Source of the DNA: Eledone cirrhosa
Taxonomy: Eukaryota
Reading direction: 5' to 3'
Assembly: GCA_964016885.1 (NCBI GenBank)
Contig: OZ024741.1
Coordinates: 317,874,001 to 317,938,000, forward strand
DNA: 64,000 bases
The translations under genes were made by a program, and so were the position numbers. The notes under the pieces are model-generated. The model saw only the letters and a list, made by a program, of their open reading frames with translations, did not search any database and had not been told where the DNA came from. Of this stretch, positions 38,980 through 53,501 are shown in pieces; position 1 is the stretch's first letter; every line of letters starts with the position of its first letter.

Positions 38980-39425
38980 AGTAGTAGTGGTAGTAGTAGT
39001 AGTAGTAGGAGGAGGAGGAGGAGTTGTAGTGGTGGTAGTAGTAGTGGGCTGGTAGTAGTAATGGTGGTGGTAGTAGTAGTGGCAGTAGCTTGAGGTGGTT
39101 GTGGGGGTGCATTAGTAGTAGTGGTTGTGGTGCTGGTAGTAGTAGTAGTAGTAGTGGAGGTGGCAGTAGTAGTAGTAGTAGTGGTGCTGGTAGTAGTTGT
39201 AGTAGTGGTGGTAGTAGTAGTAGTAGTGGCGGTGGTAGTAGTAAAAGTAGTGGTAGTAGTAGTAGTAGTAGTAGTAAAAGTAGTGGTGGTAGTAGTAGTA
39301 ATGATAGAGATGGTAGTAGGAGTAGTAGTGGTGGTAGTAATGATGGTAATGGTATTAGTAGTTTTGATGGTGGTAGTAGTAGTAGTAGTAGTAAAAGAAG
39401 TGGTGGTAGCAGCAATAAAGTAGTC
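38980..39425. repeat. (GTA/GGT)n simple repeat; similar tracts at 54150-55920
   Basis: Direct reading. Confidence 0.9.
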
Positions 39426-39856
39426 GTAATTGACGGCGGTGGTTTAGTAATTATTGTGTTAAATATATATATATTTATATTGCGCAAAGTATATATATAT
39501 ATATATATATATGTATTGATATATGTTATGTTTGAAGAGAATATACATCAGACTCTCATCTATCTATCTAACCCATCCATCTATATATATTTAAGCATAT
39601 ATATATATATATATATTTCTGAGACAACATCTAAGGTGATTCCACACTAGAGTGTCTTTTATGGTAAGTGTACTTCACCACTCATTGTTTATTGTTATGT
39701 TTATATATAGTATTTCGTTACCTTAAATGTTTTGCAAATATAAATATACACATGACAGACAGAGAAGCAAAATGTATTAATCCTCAACGGTGTGTGTAGT
39801 CATAGTTGTTAGTCACTCCGTACTGTATGTACAGCAGTAGTGTGTGTGTGTATGCG

Positions 39857-39918
<62 letters not shown>

Positions 39919-40070
39919 CGCGCGCGCGCTTTGTAAACTTAGATCTCTGCTGAGGGTGCTCTTATACTCCGTCTCTGAATAGAGGAGTTGGTGTTTAATC
40001 AGGCGGTGAAGTAACCCTAGGTGTTTCGGCCCCCTCCACCCTGACACCAGAGCTACTCGAGGCCACTCAC

Positions 40071-40266
40071 CGATGTAGGCAATGAAACTCTTGTACCACA
40101 GCGCAATCTTAGGTGAGTCTGATGCTGTGACTTCAATGCGTTAGAACGGCATAAAATTCGATGAGTCTGGTGTTATTACTCCGATCGTCTCCTCGATCCA
40201 CCTTAATGTGTCATCACTTTTGAGCTAGATGTAATAACCCGCTTTCTCAGCTGTCTCCGATAGTTA
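40071..40266 (-). other. Candidate non-coding 5'UTR exon
   Basis: Donor ATCG|gtgagt; acceptor ctgtgcag; a further donor CAG|gtaaga at 40738. Confidence 0.45.
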
Positions 40267-40272
40267 CTGCAC

Positions 40273-40336
<64 letters not shown>

Positions 40337-43133
40337 AAGGAGAGGGAGAGAGGGATGGCATGTTACTGTGCAATACTTATATATAAATTTGGGCGCAGTC
40401 CTGTTTAAAGTAAAGAACGATAAATGTACACCGAAGAAAAATTAACAAATATCTATAGGTTCATTTTTAGTTTGTTTTCCGTGGAAGGTAAAGTACGAAA
40501 TAATATTTCTGCCAGAAGTGTGGGAGAACCCTTCCAGTTATTTAGAATCTGGAGAAAGACAGTGTCCTCTTGTTTATCTTTTGAGAGACACAGGTGTCCG
40601 TATATGTTAAGGAGGTGGCGATGGTGATACGGTTTAAGAGTTTATAGATCTACCTTATTGCTTGTTCTATCATCTCTAAGGTTTTGTGAAAATGTTTCTT
40701 GCCCTTGAATTAGCTGTTATAATTTGTTTGTTCTTACCTGTCACGATTGATAACGACTACTTTTAAAGTTGCTTTCAAGGTCTTTGTTAAATTTGTCTTT
40801 TCTTGACGATACCACAGCTGTTGCAGATCACAGTGGAAAGGTTTCTGGACGGATGCTGGATTGACCTGTGTCCTGCATAACCAGTCCATCGCAGCTGCGA
40901 TTTATTCAGAAGAGTATAATTAGTCACAGCCTTTGCATCCAACAGTCCTTAATTGGAGATTGAGAACGGAGAAGGTAATTTTTATACACAAAAAACTCTA
41001 GCGAATACTACAATACTATAAACACTTCAACTATGTTGATTGCTGAAGGTATTTTTCTTCAAGATATTGGCATGAATTGTACCAAATACTATATTGGTTT
41101 TCAGATCGTACACAATAGTTATGGTATGGCTTTAATTGAATAAATAACAGCGATATAAACCACTCAATACAGCAGCTAAGCCTCGTATATTAAACTGTTT
41201 TAGTGCTAGGGATCACTCGTTCTTTCCAACTAAGTATGTGCTAATCCCCCTCTGTAATTTATCAAACTATAAAGAGAACAGCTTGCTAGACTCTACTGCT
41301 CCAGTATTTTGTATACTAACACCCTAAATTGTCAGAACTATTTCATTCATGGAAGAAGAAATGTAAAAAATTATGAAACAAACCAAACCATGGGATGTTT
41401 ATATGATCTAGAGAAAAACTTTTAGAAAGGGTACAAATTTGGACATAGAAGAAACAAACCATTTTCAAAACCATAAGATGACCTAAATTTAAATATAAGA
41501 GGCTTGTATATTTTGTTTTACTATTTTGTCGAGAGGGGAGGGGGAGTGCACTTGACCCTTTTCAGAGGCTCTGAGTCTGGTGGAAGATATCTCGCCCAAA
41601 TACTTGCAACAGAGTAGACTCCATCCATTAAAAGTACTCAAGGGCCAGGTGGAGAGATGGATAAAAGCTTGCATAGGGTCCCTGACTCGATATTTCTTCT
41701 AGGTATAATATATTATTTATGGTAGCAGAAAAATTAATTTGAGGTTCTTTAGATATTTTGTGTCCCTGGTTACAGTGCAGTCACCAACTTCCTAATATGC
41801 CACTGGCCAGGTGGTGGTTTTTAAAGCTGGCAATGGATTTTGCAAAATATAGTCTAACCTTAAATTTTTCCTAACTATTGCATACCATTAAATGCAATTA
41901 AAATTATTACATAAACAGTATTTAAGAATTGTATTAGCGCGGTGGTTTAGCAGAATCGTTAGAGAGTCGGACAAAATATCTCGTGGCATTCAGTTACGAC
42001 TCTTGACGTTCTGATTTAAAATCCCGCCGAGGTCAATTTAGTATTTCATCATTTTAGTGGTCGATAAGATAAAGTACCAGTTAATGAATTATTCTAATCA
42101 CAAACCTGTTAATTCTCCTCGTCCAACGGGGAGATTCCCACCCATTTTGGGGTGAGTGAGAGATGTCTTCTCTTGTGAAAATAGGTATAGCTTTCATTAT
42201 GTAAAATCTCCTCATTTTGCTTCATTTCTGGAGGCACCTTTTTTACATGGCACTCCCTGTTTGAATTTTTAGAGGTTGGCAGGTCTGAATAGAATAAATA
42301 TACTTAATTACTTGTGATTTTGTTTGTTAATATAGTTTGGTTCAGTTTGGTTGCGGTCTATAGTATATCTCTCCCAAGCATCACGTGCTTGTCTCATCTG
42401 TCAGTCAACCACTCTAACTATTCCTAAGTCTTCCTTGCTATAACTACATCACACCTTAACCCAAGCATTCCCATTACATTTGCACGACTGTCTTCTCCGC
42501 CATATAACAACCAGCATTTTTTGACGAGCAGCCACTTTCTCGGTTCACTTGTAGCAAATCTTTTCTCCTGCGCTAATATTTCATATACTGATAAATATAT
42601 CACCTATGTAAACCATATGGATAGACTGTGGAGTTTTGTTAATGGCTGGTCGTGGTGTAAGCTATTCCAAGCAATCATGTACATTTTATTTAGTACTACG
42701 TTTAGTAATTTCTTAGTTTAGCGCACCAATCTAATTGTCCACTGTACCTCAATTTACTTATTTGTCAACCAATGCCCGTACCAGTTGGTTTTATTATGCA
42801 CGCATCACTTCTCATGTTGTATTATCTTGCAAGGGAAAAGCAAGTATGTTTCTTTTGAATATTTTATTCCATTTAGCTTTGTTACACACGTAATTGATTC
42901 ACACACTCGTATGTGTGATGCGCTCATTGTTCGGGGACCAGGGAGGTTACAACTTAGAGTAGAATTCGATACATGCTTAAGTGCATATATAATTTTATAG
43001 ATATAGTTTCTTGATTTGTAGAGAGAAGTGGTAACTCCGCGGATCAGAGGAAATTGACATTTTTTAAGGGGAGGGGTGACTGAGTTATAAGTTTGTCATA
43101 TTTTGCGGAATTAGGGAGAAAAAAGGTGGAAAG

Positions 43134-43243
43134 CAGTGCCGGATTAGGTTGGTTCGGGGCCTGTAGCATATACTTATAAAGGGACCCTAAATTTTAAAAA
43201 GATGCGACATATAGGCAGTTGCTACTAGGTTAATCCGGCAGTG
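43134..43243. mobile_element. Short hAT-like MITE
   Basis: TIR CAGTGCCGGATTA / TAATCCGGCAGTG. Confidence 0.55.
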
Positions 43244-43289
43244 ACAGAGAGTGTAGGCGAGAGAGGTTATCAAAGTAACATGGAATGAA

Positions 43290-43582
43290 AATCAGTCAGC
43301 GACTAAAGTAAAGTCGGTCCCGGTTTCGGTTATCTGCCCTTGGTGAACTCCTGATCGTGAACGCCACCGCCGCTGCTATTGGCAGTCGCAACTTAAGCTT
43401 CTGCCGTCAGTATTGTTGTTGGACTTAGCATTGTTTTTACCTCTCTTTCTCTGCTTCTTCCAAATCACCGTTGCTTGTAATTATAACCGAAAAGAGAAAC
43501 ACCTATTAGGAAATATTGAAAATGGCAATTATCACAACTACATCGGGGATTTTTCGACGGAACCTATTTTCGTTTGTCTAAG
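43290..43582 (+). promoter_or_regulatory. Candidate promoter / non-coding first exon of the zinc-finger gene
   Basis: CpG-enriched unique sequence ending in a consensus donor AAG|gtaaga at 43582/43583. Confidence 0.45.
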
Positions 43583-44449
43583 GTAAGATTTGTCCAAGTA
43601 TTGCGTTAAAGTGAAACAAAAGTTATATGATCCTATATATATATACAATTTAAATATTTTATTAGCTTTAATATATTCGGCATATCTCTTGGATCCTCGA
43701 ACAAACAGTTAAAGAGGTTTACTATTCTAAAGAATAAATATCTAAAATGAGCTTAGAAATGATCTTTTTCTGCTTTGATTGATACAATGGTTTGGAAATT
43801 AAATATATTTTAGTATTGTTGAAAGATATCTCTTCTCTAATCACTAATATACATATAATACCCTATGTGTGTTGATTTGTCAGTCCGATGTCACGTTTGA
43901 CAACATATATATAGAGAGAAAGAGAGAAGTAATATGGGCTGAAGGAGGAGTATACATACTGAACAGAGTAGCAGGCACAGGAATGCTGTGTTGAGGTGCA
44001 CACACAAACATGTACGCATAAACACACTCACAAACATTTACGCACACACACACACATAGACATAGACACAAACAAGTATACACACAAGTAGTTGTCTGCA
44101 GAGACAACAGACTAAATAAACATGGACATCTTTGTAAATTTTAACATTCTAAAAGTGAATGTCACATTTCTGTTGTTGATGTGTGTCTGTATCCCCCCCC
44201 TCTCTCTCTATCAATATATATATATATATATAATATATATATATATATATGTTATGGAATACTGTTAGCTTCTCGCTACAACAATTTCTATACTTTTCAT
44301 TTATATATATAATATATATATATATATAGTTATAAACGAAAAGTATAGAAATTATTGTAGCAAGAAGCCAACAGTATTCCATAATATATAGTTATATATA
44401 TATATTAATTCAAAATATTAACAAAAATAGAACTTCTTGTGATCAAGTA

Positions 44450-44516
44450 TATTTTATTATACATATTTCAGAGGTACTGAGCTAATTTCAACAGTACGTC
44501 CTCATCAGATAAAATA
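44450..44516 (-). ncRNA. Minimal hammerhead ribozyme in a PLE 3' end
   Basis: TATTTTAT-CTGATGA-GGACGTACTG/CAGTACCTCT-GAAA-TATGTA-TA-ATAAAATA. Confidence 0.75.
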
Positions 44517-45062
44517 AGATGATGCATGACATACCCTGACATAGTAGATGGTTAAGATCCAGTCATGGTAGTATATATATATACACATACATGCATACAC
44601 ACATATATATACATATATATATATATACATACATATATATATACATACATACATACATACATACATACACATATACATATGCATACATATACATACACAT
44701 ACATATATATATACATACATATATATATACATACATATACATATATATATATATATACATACATACATACACGTACATATATATATGTACATACACATAC
44801 ATATATTTATATACATACATGCACACATACATATATATATATACATACACACATACATATATATATACATGCACACATATATATATATACATACACACAC
44901 ACATACATATCTATCTATAGAGAGAGAGGGGTGTAAAATTCCGACCGCGGCGCCAAGTCGGGATTTTATGTCTTGTATACCAGCTCTACATCGAGAACTC
45001 CCATGATTAGTGGTGTGCTCGGTCTCAGCACTGCACACTCTCTCTCACTCTTTTATATATAT

Positions 45063-45775
45063 ATATCAAATTAAAAAACGGAGTTAAAAACTCATTTATC
45101 CCCTATAATTTAATGAGCTCAAGGAATAGATTCCGGGCTCTTTATAAATCAGTATATAGAGAGAAGTACACATAGAGATATGTGATCAATCATAGGGGAT
45201 CAAAAACCACCAGTGACGAACATATTAACTACAGAAGGAATGGTGAATACAAATCAATTAAAAGAATATATTAAAGTATACTAACCATCCAATTATAACT
45301 ATAACATCCGGACATGCTCAAATCAGAGTATGTTTGGCTATAAAAAATGAAGAATACATATTGTAGATGTGGCTCATCAACGAGTACCTATCAATATGAT
45401 CAACACTTCTAAAAATATATCAGATAACTAAGAAAACACACACGGTATAATGAAAAGACATGCGCGTTTTATAGTCCATGGTGGTGTGAATAGACCAAAA
45501 GACCGCTAAAAACAGCAGCTCAGAACTATTCAACTTAAGAAGCTCTACTTACATATAGAAATGAATTAGGAGCCAATATATCAAATAAAAAAAAAAACGG
45601 AGTTAAAGATTCACATTATCCCTTATAATTTAATGAGCTCAAGGAATAGATTCCGGGCTCTTTATAAATCAGCATATAGAGAGAAGTACACATAGAGATA
45701 GGGGATCAAAAACCATCAGAGTGACGAACATATTAACTATGATTGAACACATATCTCTACGTGTAGTTCTCTCTA
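45063..45775. repeat. ~165-bp direct repeat (45063-45230, 45578-45740) with terminal fold-back
   Basis: Duplicated cggagttaaa...gagctcaaggaatagattccgggctc...gtgacgaacatattaacta; 45738-45773 is the reverse complement of 45158-45194. Confidence 0.75.
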
Positions 45776-45779
45776 GATG

Positions 45780-45823
<44 letters not shown>

Positions 45824-46601
45824 GCAAGGGCAACATTTCACTAGTAGTGGGTCACATAGGATGTGGATCATCATAAGGAGGGGGGGGGGCACTACTAAAA
45901 GGTTCAAGGAAATTTTGAAATTAGGCGCGCCATTCAGAAAGCTAAACAGGCTGCAGTTTGCCCATGACTGATATATTAGTATCAAGCTCGTAGTAGATCC
46001 TCTGCATCTTACCATGCATCAAGTACTCCTTTGATTTGTGGTCTTCCCGGTCTCGGTACCACAGACTCTCTCTCTCTCTTTCTGTATATATATATATTGT
46101 TGTATTTGGAGATGGTTGAGTTGCCAGTATTGCCAATAAAAAAAACAAACAGGCACCGTATGATTTTCACTTTATCTTAATTACTAGTTATTTGTTAATT
46201 CGTCAAATTTCTTTCGTCACACATTCTGTGACGTGCTCAATGACTATCTGTTCTCTTTTGTGCCTCCTCTTCTTTCTGGTCCTAACCCTTTCATGACTAC
46301 ATATAATTAATTAATGAAGAATTTCGAGGTATTTACTAAAATTATTTCATTACTGAGATAGTATCTTAATGTAAGCTTCTTATATAAAATTATGGTGGAA
46401 GGTTTTAATTTAAATTGGAAACCTTTAAAATTGGTTTGTTTTATTTCATAGAACCAGAGCTGTTTTTGGCTGGGTTGATAGCTACTGCATCTTCTCTTTT
46501 GCTTATTGGCAATACTGGCAACGTGACCATCCCCAAATATAACAATATTGGTTTCAACACAAGATTTCATATCAAGAGTCTTGCATAACAAATACATAAA
46601 C

Positions 46602-46632
<31 letters not shown>

Positions 46633-46975
46633 GTAAGTACTCACCCAGCCCACACTGTAAAGTGATCCTTTAGGTGTCATGACAAAAAACACCCAGTATA
46701 CACCGTAAATGTGGTTGGTGTTAGAAAGGGCATCCGGCTGTAGAAACCAAACCAGAATCAGATCTATATGAGCAAGGTTACCTGATCTGATTTGTCTCAA
46801 TGGGACAACACATCTAACCCATGCAAGTATGGGAAAATGGACATTAAACGGGGATGATATATATATATAGGGAGAGAGAGCTAGATGGAGATAGACATAG
46901 ATACAAATAGATTTGTGTCATCATCATCATCATCATCATTTTACGTCCACTTTTCCCTGCTTGCGAGGGTGGGAC

Positions 46976-47039
<64 letters not shown>

Positions 47040-47375
47040 GGAGGCACATGGCTTAGTGGTTAGAGCATTGGCCTTGCAGTCGAAAGGTTGTGAGTTCAAT
47101 TCTCAGACCGAGTGATGTGTTGTTTCTTTGAGCAAGACACTTTATTTCACATTGCTCCAGTTTACTCAGCTGTAGAAATGAGATGATAGGGACTAGGGTC
47201 CATATCATTCCACTGCAAAGTGGTCGTGGAGGTGCCACGACAAAAAAGCACCCAGCACTCACTGTAAATGAGGTTGGTGTTAGGAAGGGCATCCAGCTGT
47301 AGAAATCAAGCCAGCATCAATTCCCGTCCCACCCTTGCAAGCAGGGAAAAGTGGACGTAAAATGAAATGATGATA
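47040..47375 (+). mobile_element. Full-length tRNA/CORE SINE with RTE-derived body and tail
   Basis: GGAGGCACATGGCTTAGTGG, GAGTTCAATTCTC, ttgagcaagacactttatttcac CORE block, pseudoknot module, RTE-A-like tail. Confidence 0.88.
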
Positions 47376-47399
47376 TAGATATATATGTATGTATGCTCT

Positions 47400-48295
47400 A
47401 TACCCAAACAAATGCATGTCAAACAGACACCACCAGTTCCCAGACACCCCTATAAAGGTCAATGGGAAGAATCTCAAGTATGTGAAATCGTTCATATATC
47501 TTGGCAGTAAAGTCAACTAAGTACTGCTCTTGATGATGAGATAATCAATCATACAGGGAAAACCATGAGTGCATTTGCTGAGCTCTGTCATCACCTTTCA
47601 AATGAGAGGGGCATAAAACTGGATACCATGATACAGTTTTATAAAGCATTTGTAGTAACCATACTTTTATATGGTTCAGAATCTTGGACTCCATATAGGT
47701 TACACATTCACCAACTAGACTTCTTTCATAAAGGTTGTCTTCAGGCGATTGTGAGTAAACATTTGAAGACAAAATATCTAACGCTGACCTCTTCACTAAG
47801 TGCAAAATTGGCGGCATTGAGACCTTTCTTATGTAATCACAACTACATCCCGTCTAAACCTATGGTAGCGAGGAAGATAGACGTTAAATGATGATGATTA
47901 GGCTGATCATGTCAGAATAAGAGACAAAAGAATACCAAATGTCCTCATGTATAGCAAGCTTGATGGTGGCTATAGAAATGTTGGATGGCTATGGCTCAGG
48001 TAGAAAGACAAGCTGAATAGTGGCCTTGAAACAGAAAGACTGGAGATCTGTGTGTCATAATGGGATCAGGAACTTCAAATCTGGTTGTATCCATTTGCTA
48101 CAAGACGTAAAAAGGATGACAAAAGCAGTATCAAACATATCAGCAACCTTGTCCAGTAATCCTTACTCTTGCATGATCTGTGGACTTGCTTGCAAATCTT
48201 TGGCAGGACTAAAATGTCATACCCAACATAAACATCCAATCTGAATAGGTTGTTTAGATTCTCATACCTTGAAATTGATGTGAGAGTCCATCATA
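47400..48295 (+). mobile_element. Old BovB-like RTE 3' fragment; related copy on minus at ~50215-50845
   Basis: FYKAFVVTILLYGSESWTPYR.HI..LD.FH..CL and a terminal C2H2 (CMICGLACKSLAGLKCH). Confidence 0.75.
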
Positions 48296-48399
48296 CATAT
48301 ATGTATATCTATCTATCTATATATATATATATACATATAATAATAGAACACTGGTGGGTTATATCCATAGTAGTAGAACACTCAGTTCATGGGACGAGT

Positions 48400-49290
48400 T
48401 TGGTAGAAGTAGTTCTACAACAGTTAATTCACCATTTCAGAGCACAATTGTTTCACCTTATTCGGATCATCAGCTCGGTTTAAATGAGATTGTACGGAAA
48501 AGAAAAAGCAATTGTACGAATACGCATGTGCAGAAGCAGTCACTTACCAAAGTGGAGGAGCCTACGTTAGATCGGTGCGATGGAGATGACTGTGGAAACT
48601 CAGAATAATAACAGATTATTGATGTTAGTCAGTCTGGAGCTTTGTAATTATGTAGTAGGTGTTTCCAGACGTGTGGACGTGAGAAAAGCTCATTCCTTAA
48701 ATTTAGACAAGCGCTATTACGTAAACTCCTCAGGATATTGATCTTTTCTTCAATGCACAGTCCACAAGACGGATTTCCATTGAATGGAGTAATCCATGCC
48801 TGTGTCCACGAGGGACCATAGGTGGCTCGTGAGCTTCATAGATGATCGTCTATTGATTTAAAGATACCCAGACAAAGCTCACGAGCCACATATGGTCCCT
48901 CAAGGACACAGGTGTGGATTACTCCATTCAATGGAAAGTTAATACTAAGTCTAAGCCATACAGAAATGGGAATCCGTCTTGTGGACTGTGCATTGAAGAA
49001 AGAATCAATATCATAAGATTGCGTAATAGCGCTTGTCTGAATTCAAGGAATGAGCTTTTCTCACACTGCCCGCACGTCTGGAAACACCCATTACGTAATT
49101 ACAAAGCTCCAGACTAACACGAATAATCTAACGTGGGTTACCTCCTCTTTGGGAAGTGACTGCTTCTGCCCATGCGTATTCGTACAATTGCTTTTTTCTT
49201 TTCTCATTTAAACCGAGCTGATGATCCGAATAAGGTGAAACAATTGTTCTCAGAAATGGTGAATTAACTGTTGTTGAACTACTTCTATAG
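48400..49290. mobile_element. Inverted (head-to-head) pair of PLE 3' ends
   Basis: Plus arm encodes WKVNTKSKPYRNGNPSCGLCIEERINI..LNSRNELFSHCPH; 48400-48835 is its diverged reverse complement. Confidence 0.85.
49213..49253 (+). ncRNA. Minimal hammerhead ribozyme (mirror at 48438-48478 has non-cleavable GUG)
   Basis: CCGAG-CTGATGA-TCCGAATAAGGT-GAAAC-AATT-GTT-CTCAG. Confidence 0.75.
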
Positions 49291-50177
49291 ATATATATAT
49301 ATATATATGTGTGTATATATATCTATATATATATATGTACGTATAGATATACATATATATGTATGTATGTATAAAACAATGTTGTCTCTGATCGAGACAA
49401 AACAAGTGTGTATTTGAATACATATGAAAATGAGAAAACTCATCACTAGAACAACTGTTAAAACAGCTAAATGCTGTCAAAGACAGTGATGGGCAAAAAT
49501 ACCCCAGAGGACAGACCAGCAGCCAGTTGTGAACAGAGAGAGACAATCCACAAAATGTGCAACAAGCAGATCACATATATATATACATACACATACATAC
49601 AATAATGTAAATACTGATATATAAAAAATATCAACTTGTTGACCAATAACCCCTCAATGCAAATTTAGTGCTAAAAAAAACAAGCAGAGATAACTCACAT
49701 AGATATTGTTATAGGTAGAACAATTTTAATATCTTTCATAAAAAACACATTATCAATTAGAACAATGAAATATCACTCACATTATATTAGCAATATATAG
49801 TTCTAATAATTGTTTCTACAATAGGCACAAGGCCAGCAATAAATCCCAGTGTATTACTGGTACTTTATTTTATCGACCCCCGTTAGGATGAAAGGCAAAG
49901 TTAACCTCGACGGGATATATATATATAGTCTAATAATATATATCACCATCATCATCTATATTTCCATTCTTGCATGAGTTAGATGGGTTGTCATCTTATG
50001 AGACATGTTAGGTCAGAAGGCCACTTTCTATCCCCAACCACGTTACAGTGATTTATATATATCGATTATATATACACACATCACCAACATCCATTTTTCC
50101 ATGCTGGCATGGGTTGGATGGGATGTTTTGAAGCAATGTTTTACAGTCAAATGCCCTTCTTGACACCAACATGTATA

Positions 50178-50211
<34 letters not shown>

Positions 50212-51992
50212 TATGTATGATGGACTCTCCCGTCAATTTTGATGCATGACGATTTGAACAACCTATTCAGTTTGGCTGGTTATGTTGGGCATCACATTTT
50301 AGACCTGCCAAGGGTTTGTAAGCAAGGTTGAGGTTTACTAGTAATGTTACTGATATGTTTGCTAATTCTTTTCTCCTCCCTCTTGGTTCTTGTAGCCTAT
50401 GGATACAACCGAACTCGAAGTTCCTGATCCTATTATGACACTCAGATCTCCAGTTCTTCTACTCCAAGGTCACTTGCTCAAATGTCTCATAAGGTATATT
50501 GGTTGCTGAAAGATTACTCTTCAGCTTGTCTTTGTACCTGAGCTATGGCCATCCAACATTAAGCTAGCTAGCTATACTTGAGGACTTGTGGTATTTTTTT
50601 GCCCCTCATTCTGATGACATGACAAGCCCAACATAGTTGTGATTTCTCCAATCTTGCACTTTGTGAAGAGGTCAGTGTTAGATATTTTGTCTTTGAGTGT
50701 GTATCCACAGATTGCACGAAGACAACCTTTATGAAAGATGTATAGTTGGTTGATGTGTCACCTATATGGAGTCCAAGATTCTGATCCATATAAGAGTGGT
50801 CAGTGCAACAGCTTTATAAACCTGTATCTTGGTGTCCAGATTTATGCCACTCTTATTCCAAAGCATATGTATATCATCCTTATGTAATATTCGCTTTCCC
50901 TGCTAGCATAGACCAAGTCAGTACTGCAGTGGGGCTACTGACCTCTCAAAGGGGCCAAGGGGTCTGTATCCCCTTGTTGGCAAGCTGTCTATGGCTGGAT
51001 GTCCTTAATACCAACCACTTTATAGCATACACTGGGTGCTTTTGTGTAAATCATCAGCACTGGGGAGGCTGTCATCTATATTATAATATAAAAGAGAGAT
51101 GTTTATTGGTTGGTTGGTTCACACAAAAACTACACGCACATCTAAAGAGAGAGAGAGAGACACAAGGGGAGAGACAGAAAGAGAGAGATACAATTAAAGT
51201 GTTAAATATTCAGAGAGAGAGTGAGTGACGTCTCACAAAAGTTTAGAATCAGCTTAAACTATAGATCCTTTGATCTATAGGAAGGTTTAACAATATTGCG
51301 TTAGCTTTTATAAAGTCGTTTTAGTCTTTGATTTTACAGAACAAAAAGAAATTGATACTATTTGAAATTAATCTACCCGCCAGCTTTTATCCATATACTA
51401 CTTACAGACCGTACTAACGAAGCTAAACACTTCAGAAGCAATGTTATACAGTATTTTGCTGTGTTTCTGATGACGTCCTTTGGAGCTGAAAAAGATCATA
51501 CTGGCTATGGTTATTTCACATTTAAAATCAAAGGCCAATGCTATCATTCAATCGGCAGTTTACTCCCCCAGCCTAATAAGGAAGTTTTATGATTGTTTTT
51601 TTTTTATGTCTCTCTCTCACTCATACACAGACACACATTACGGTCTCACCTCATACCCGACAACACATCCAATACAGTCGGGAGAAGCCGGGAACCTCAG
51701 CTAGTGTTATATATATTAGAAAGAGATTCTGTTGTCAATGTGTGTAATAATTGTTTCTACTTTTGGTGCAAGGCCAGCAATTACCCAGTACATTACTGGT
51801 ACTTTATTTTATCGACCCCGTAAGGATGAAAGGCAAAGTTAACCTCAACGGCATTTGAACTCGGACCGTAATAGGACGTAACCATGCTTATGTGTGTAAT
51901 AATAACTACAGAACGATATCGAAGTCACACTAGATACTAATGTTTCGCATGACAATTGACCAGTAAACAATAGACTAAAAAGATGCTTCTGA

Positions 51993-52054
<62 letters not shown>

Positions 52055-52061
<7 letters not shown>

Positions 52062-52370
52062 AATATTAACAAATTAAGATATTCACATAATCAAAATATA
52101 TACTTTATTATATATATTTCGAAGGTGTTGTTTTTTCAGTACGTCCTCGTCAGATAAAATATATTTTATCTGACGAGGACGTACTGAAAAACAACACAGT
52201 ACCTTCGAAATATATATAATAAAGTATATATTTTGATTATGTGAATATCTTCATTTGTTAATATTTTGAATAATATTAAAAACTCAAGGAAAACTGCTTG
52301 TTGAGTGCTTTTAACCTATTGTAAAAAACTGTATTCATTGAGTAATCAATGAACCATATTAATCTTTGGT

Positions 52371-52372
<2 letters not shown>
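52055..52372. mobile_element. PLE 3' end with fold-back palindrome centred at ~52161
   Basis: cgtcagataaaat-at-attttatctgacg; arms ~105 bp. Confidence 0.85.
52161..52227 (+). ncRNA. Minimal hammerhead ribozyme
   Basis: ATATTTTAT-CTGACGA-GGACGTACTG/CAGTACCTTC-GAAA-TATATA-TA-ATAAAGTAT; 9-bp stem I. Confidence 0.8.
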
Positions 52373-52402
<30 letters not shown>

Positions 52403-52648
52403 ATATATTAATAAATGGAAACTTGTTGAATCCCAACAAATTAAATATAACCTCTTCATATATATATTCCATTTCTTTTCCTTTCTCTCAAATCATTGCT
52501 TTCTTTAATATATTTATAGTGTGTAAGCAATGTTATGAATAGGTTCAGTTAAACGTAAGCTCAGTGAAATCGTTATTTTTCATATATTTGTTGTTGTTTT
52601 TCTTTAAAATTATCCATCATATGACGGGTAACAATATTGTCACACACA

Positions 52649-52695
<47 letters not shown>

Positions 52696-53469
52696 TGTAA
52701 TTATGAGAGATGTTTAAAAGGTCGATTATTTCCTACTATTTTAACTGAAGTCCCCCACCTACCCATGTATTGTAACACAATTATAAAGTATTATGTTTTA
52801 AGAACTGTTACCTATCATCCCAATTTGTTATATATATAACTCTTTATTTAGCAAAACATAATTAAGAATTACCGTGCAAATGTTGTTTGGCCTTCACATT
52901 TACATAGAGGTGAAATGCCGGAAGAACAACAAAAATTCGTTACTATTTCAATTATATTGGTGACGAAGTTTGATCCATTTCGTCTGCAAATTGGTGCAGT
53001 GGTGATTGTGGTGACGGTGTAGGTAGTAGTGATGGTGGTGATATCCACCTGTATTCAGGATGGGTGTTAGCTTAGATGCGGTCAAATTAGAAAGCATCAT
53101 ATTTCAGTTATTATAGATTTAAAAAAAAAAAAACATTTGTACATGCTAGTGAAAAATAACGGAAGTTGATTTTCAGCTTGTATCGTTTGAATAACACTTA
53201 AATTTTTGGAACCATTTAAAAAAATTTAATTCATAAACAGACAGAAACGTTATATACTTAAACAAATTGATAGGAATTTTAGTAAACGGTTATTTAGATT
53301 AATGAAATATATCAATGGGGGTATCTGTCTGACAACAGTTCTCGTTTGAAGGAAATGAAAATATCTCGACAGATTCACCGGATTCATTTGATATATACAT
53401 GTTTGGGTTGGTACCCTCGTCGGTTCGCGCTTGTACACACACATATATGTATATACATGTATGTGTGTG

Positions 53470-53501
<32 letters not shown>

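Noticed and set aside
47400-50845. Single large composite element with inverted LINE ends
   Set aside because: The two RTE fragments are considerably diverged from each other and no TSD is visible; more likely independent insertions.
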